Origin: Candidatus Taenariivivens baikalensis | Lineage (GTDB): Bacteria > Omnitrophota > Omnitrophia > Omnitrophales > Aquincolibacteriaceae | Length of the DNA: 64,000 nt | NCBI GenBank assembly: GCA_009691445.1 | Contig: SICL01000004.1 | Span: forward strand, 30,708 to 94,707 | Reading direction: 5' to 3' | Part shown: piece after piece, positions 62,686-64,000 of the stretch | Numbering within the stretch: position 1 is the first letter of the stretch | Layout: every line of letters starts with the position of its first letter | Made by a program: the position numbers and the translations under genes | The notes under the pieces: model-generated | The model's database searches: none | What the model was told of the DNA's origin: nothing | What the model saw: the letters and a program-made list of their open reading frames with translations, nothing else

Positions 62686-63987
62686 TTATTTTTCTACTTT
62701 ATTTAAACTGAGCAAAAACTCAGCATTGGATTTTGTTTTGGCAAGCCGATCCACAAGAAGCTCCATAGCTTCCGCAGGATTCAACTCGTTTAATACTTTG
62801 CGAAGCACCCAAACCCGCGGCAGTTCATCCTTGTGCATCAGAAGATCTTCCTTACGGGTGTTCGATTTCTTCACATCAATCGCTGGATAGATGCGTTTCT
62901 GAAAAAGGTTACGGTCCAGCTGCAATTCCATATTGCCCGTGCCTTTAAATTCTTCAAAAATAACCTCGTCCATGCGCGAACCGGTATCGACGAGCGCCGT
63001 CGCGACAATGGTCAAACTTCCACCTTCCTCAATATTTCGCGCGGCCCCAAAAAATCGCTTTGGGCGATGAAGCGCATTGGAATCCACACCGCCGGAGAGA
63101 ATTTTTCCGGAATGCGGAACCACGGTATTATAAGCGCGCGCAAGACGCGTAATACTGTCGAGCAGAATCACGACATCGCGTTTGTGCTCCACAAGCCGTT
63201 TCGCCTTCTCAAGCACAATTTCCGCCACCTGAACATGCCGCTCAGCGGGTTCGTCAAACGTTGATGCGATCACCTCGGCTTTGACCGACCGCTGCATATC
63301 CGTCACTTCTTCCGGACGTTCATCAATCAGCAGAATAATCAGATAAGCGTCCGGATGATTAGTGGTAATGCTGTTGGCGATTTTTTGCAGCAAAATCGTT
63401 TTACCGCTGTATGGCGGCGCAACAATTAAACCGCGCTGGCCAAATCCGATGGGCGTCAGAAGATCCATAACCCTCATCGAGACTTCACTCGGAGAAGTTT
63501 CAAGAATAATCCTTCCGTTCGGATAAAGAGGCGTCAGATTATCAAAGGGGATCTTGTCTTTACTCTTCTCCGGATCTTCAAAATTGACCAGCTCCACTTT
63601 CAGAAGAGCAAAATACCGTTCGCCTTCTTTCGGCGGCCGAATCTGCCCGCTCACGCTGTCGCCGGTGCGCAGGTTGAATCGGCGAATCTGGCTCGGCGAG
63701 ACATAAATATCGTCCGGCGAAGGCAGGTAATTATAATTGGGCGAACGTAAAAACCCAAAACCGTCTTCAAGAATTTCAAGAACGCCTTCCCCGAACATCA
63801 CATCCGACTGGTCCGACGAAGCCGCCTGAGCTTGAAGGATTTTAAAAATCAAATCCTGTTTTTTGATACCCGTCGTGGGACCAATATTAAACTTACGACT
63901 CATGTCATGAAGTTCATTGATCTTGAGTTTTTTAAGGCTGATGGCATCTAGCGGTTTATGTCCAGACTTCGCCGCGGGGCCCGGCAC
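62686..63987 (-). CDS. rho: transcription termination factor Rho
   Basis: An N-terminal RNA-binding domain, a RecA-like ATPase with Walker A GKT, and the Q and R loops are present. The ORF is 433 aa. Confidence 0.95.
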   Translation of the reverse strand: MPGPAAKSGHKPLDAISLKKLKINELHDMSRKFNIGPTTGIKKQDLIFKILQAQAASSDQSDVMFGEGVLEILEDGFGFLRSPNYNYLPSPDDIYVSPSQIRRFNLRTGDSVSGQIRPPKEGERYFALLKVELVNFEDPEKSKDKIPFDNLTPLYPNGRIILETSPSEVSMRVMDLLTPIGFGQRGLIVAPPYSGKTILLQKIANSITTNHPDAYLIILLIDERPEEVTDMQRSVKAEVIASTFDEPAERHVQVAEIVLEKAKRLVEHKRDVVILLDSITRLARAYNTVVPHSGKILSGGVDSNALHRPKRFFGAARNIEEGGSLTIVATALVDTGSRMDEVIFEEFKGTGNMELQLDRNLFQKRIYPAIDVKKSNTRKEDLLMHKDELPRVWVLRKVLNELNPAEAMELLVDRLAKTKSNAEFLLSLNKVEK

Positions 63988-64000
63988 AGAACCTCGGTTA

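Overview
This window is a 64-kb bacterial chromosomal segment made mostly of highly conserved core genes. No rRNA, CRISPR array, transposase or integrase is visible. The most unusual content is regulatory and structural rather than a new enzyme cassette: a pseudo-receiver regulator, an orphan c-di-GMP-receptor-like domain, an orphan JAMM protease, an Omp85 barrel with a secreted hypothetical neighbour, and two abundant intergenic repeat families.

Minus strand, 3-29195: a nearly complete ribosomal super-operon block, reading from high to low coordinate as tRNA-Thr, tuf, rpmG, tRNA-Trp, secE, nusG, rplKAJL, rpoBC, rpsLG, fusA, then the S10-spc-alpha r-protein genes, secY, adk, map, infA, rpmJ, rpsM, rpsK. 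L30 is absent and S14 is the Zn-ribbon type.

Plus strand, 29634-44559: a delta-9-type fatty-acid desaturase sits between two tRNA genes that carry consensus promoters. It is followed by gpmA and then a complete F1Fo ATP synthase operon (atpZ-like, B, E, F, H, A, G, D and a truncated epsilon). The ATP synthase operon is translationally coupled to nuoJKLMN, with no nuoA-I in the window.

Plus strand, 44725-49455: a signalling cluster made of an HTH plus atypical receiver whose phospho-acceptor Asp is replaced by Asn, a 1215-aa CHASE-PAS-GAF-PAS hybrid histidine kinase, and a stand-alone receiver.

49.7-56.2 kb is an accessory-looking stretch. It holds a SufT/DUF59 protein, a FadL-family porin, a stand-alone MshEN-like domain protein that is a putative c-di-GMP receptor, an orphan JAMM/MPN+ metalloprotease, a 530-aa secreted hypothetical, and a short Omp85-family barrel. 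These genes are separated by copies of a nested-palindrome repeat family.

Minus strand, 56293-63987: yraN, rnhB, rplS, trmD, rpsP, murA, prmC, prfA, rpmE, rho. rimM is missing between rpsP and trmD.

Two dispersed repeat families run through the window. Family A has GTCATTCC / GTCATTGCGAG terminal inverted repeats. Family B is a CCAAAT-then-ATTTGG long-hairpin family placed at intercistronic junctions of highly expressed operons. Many r-proteins carry Lys/Ala-rich C-terminal extensions.
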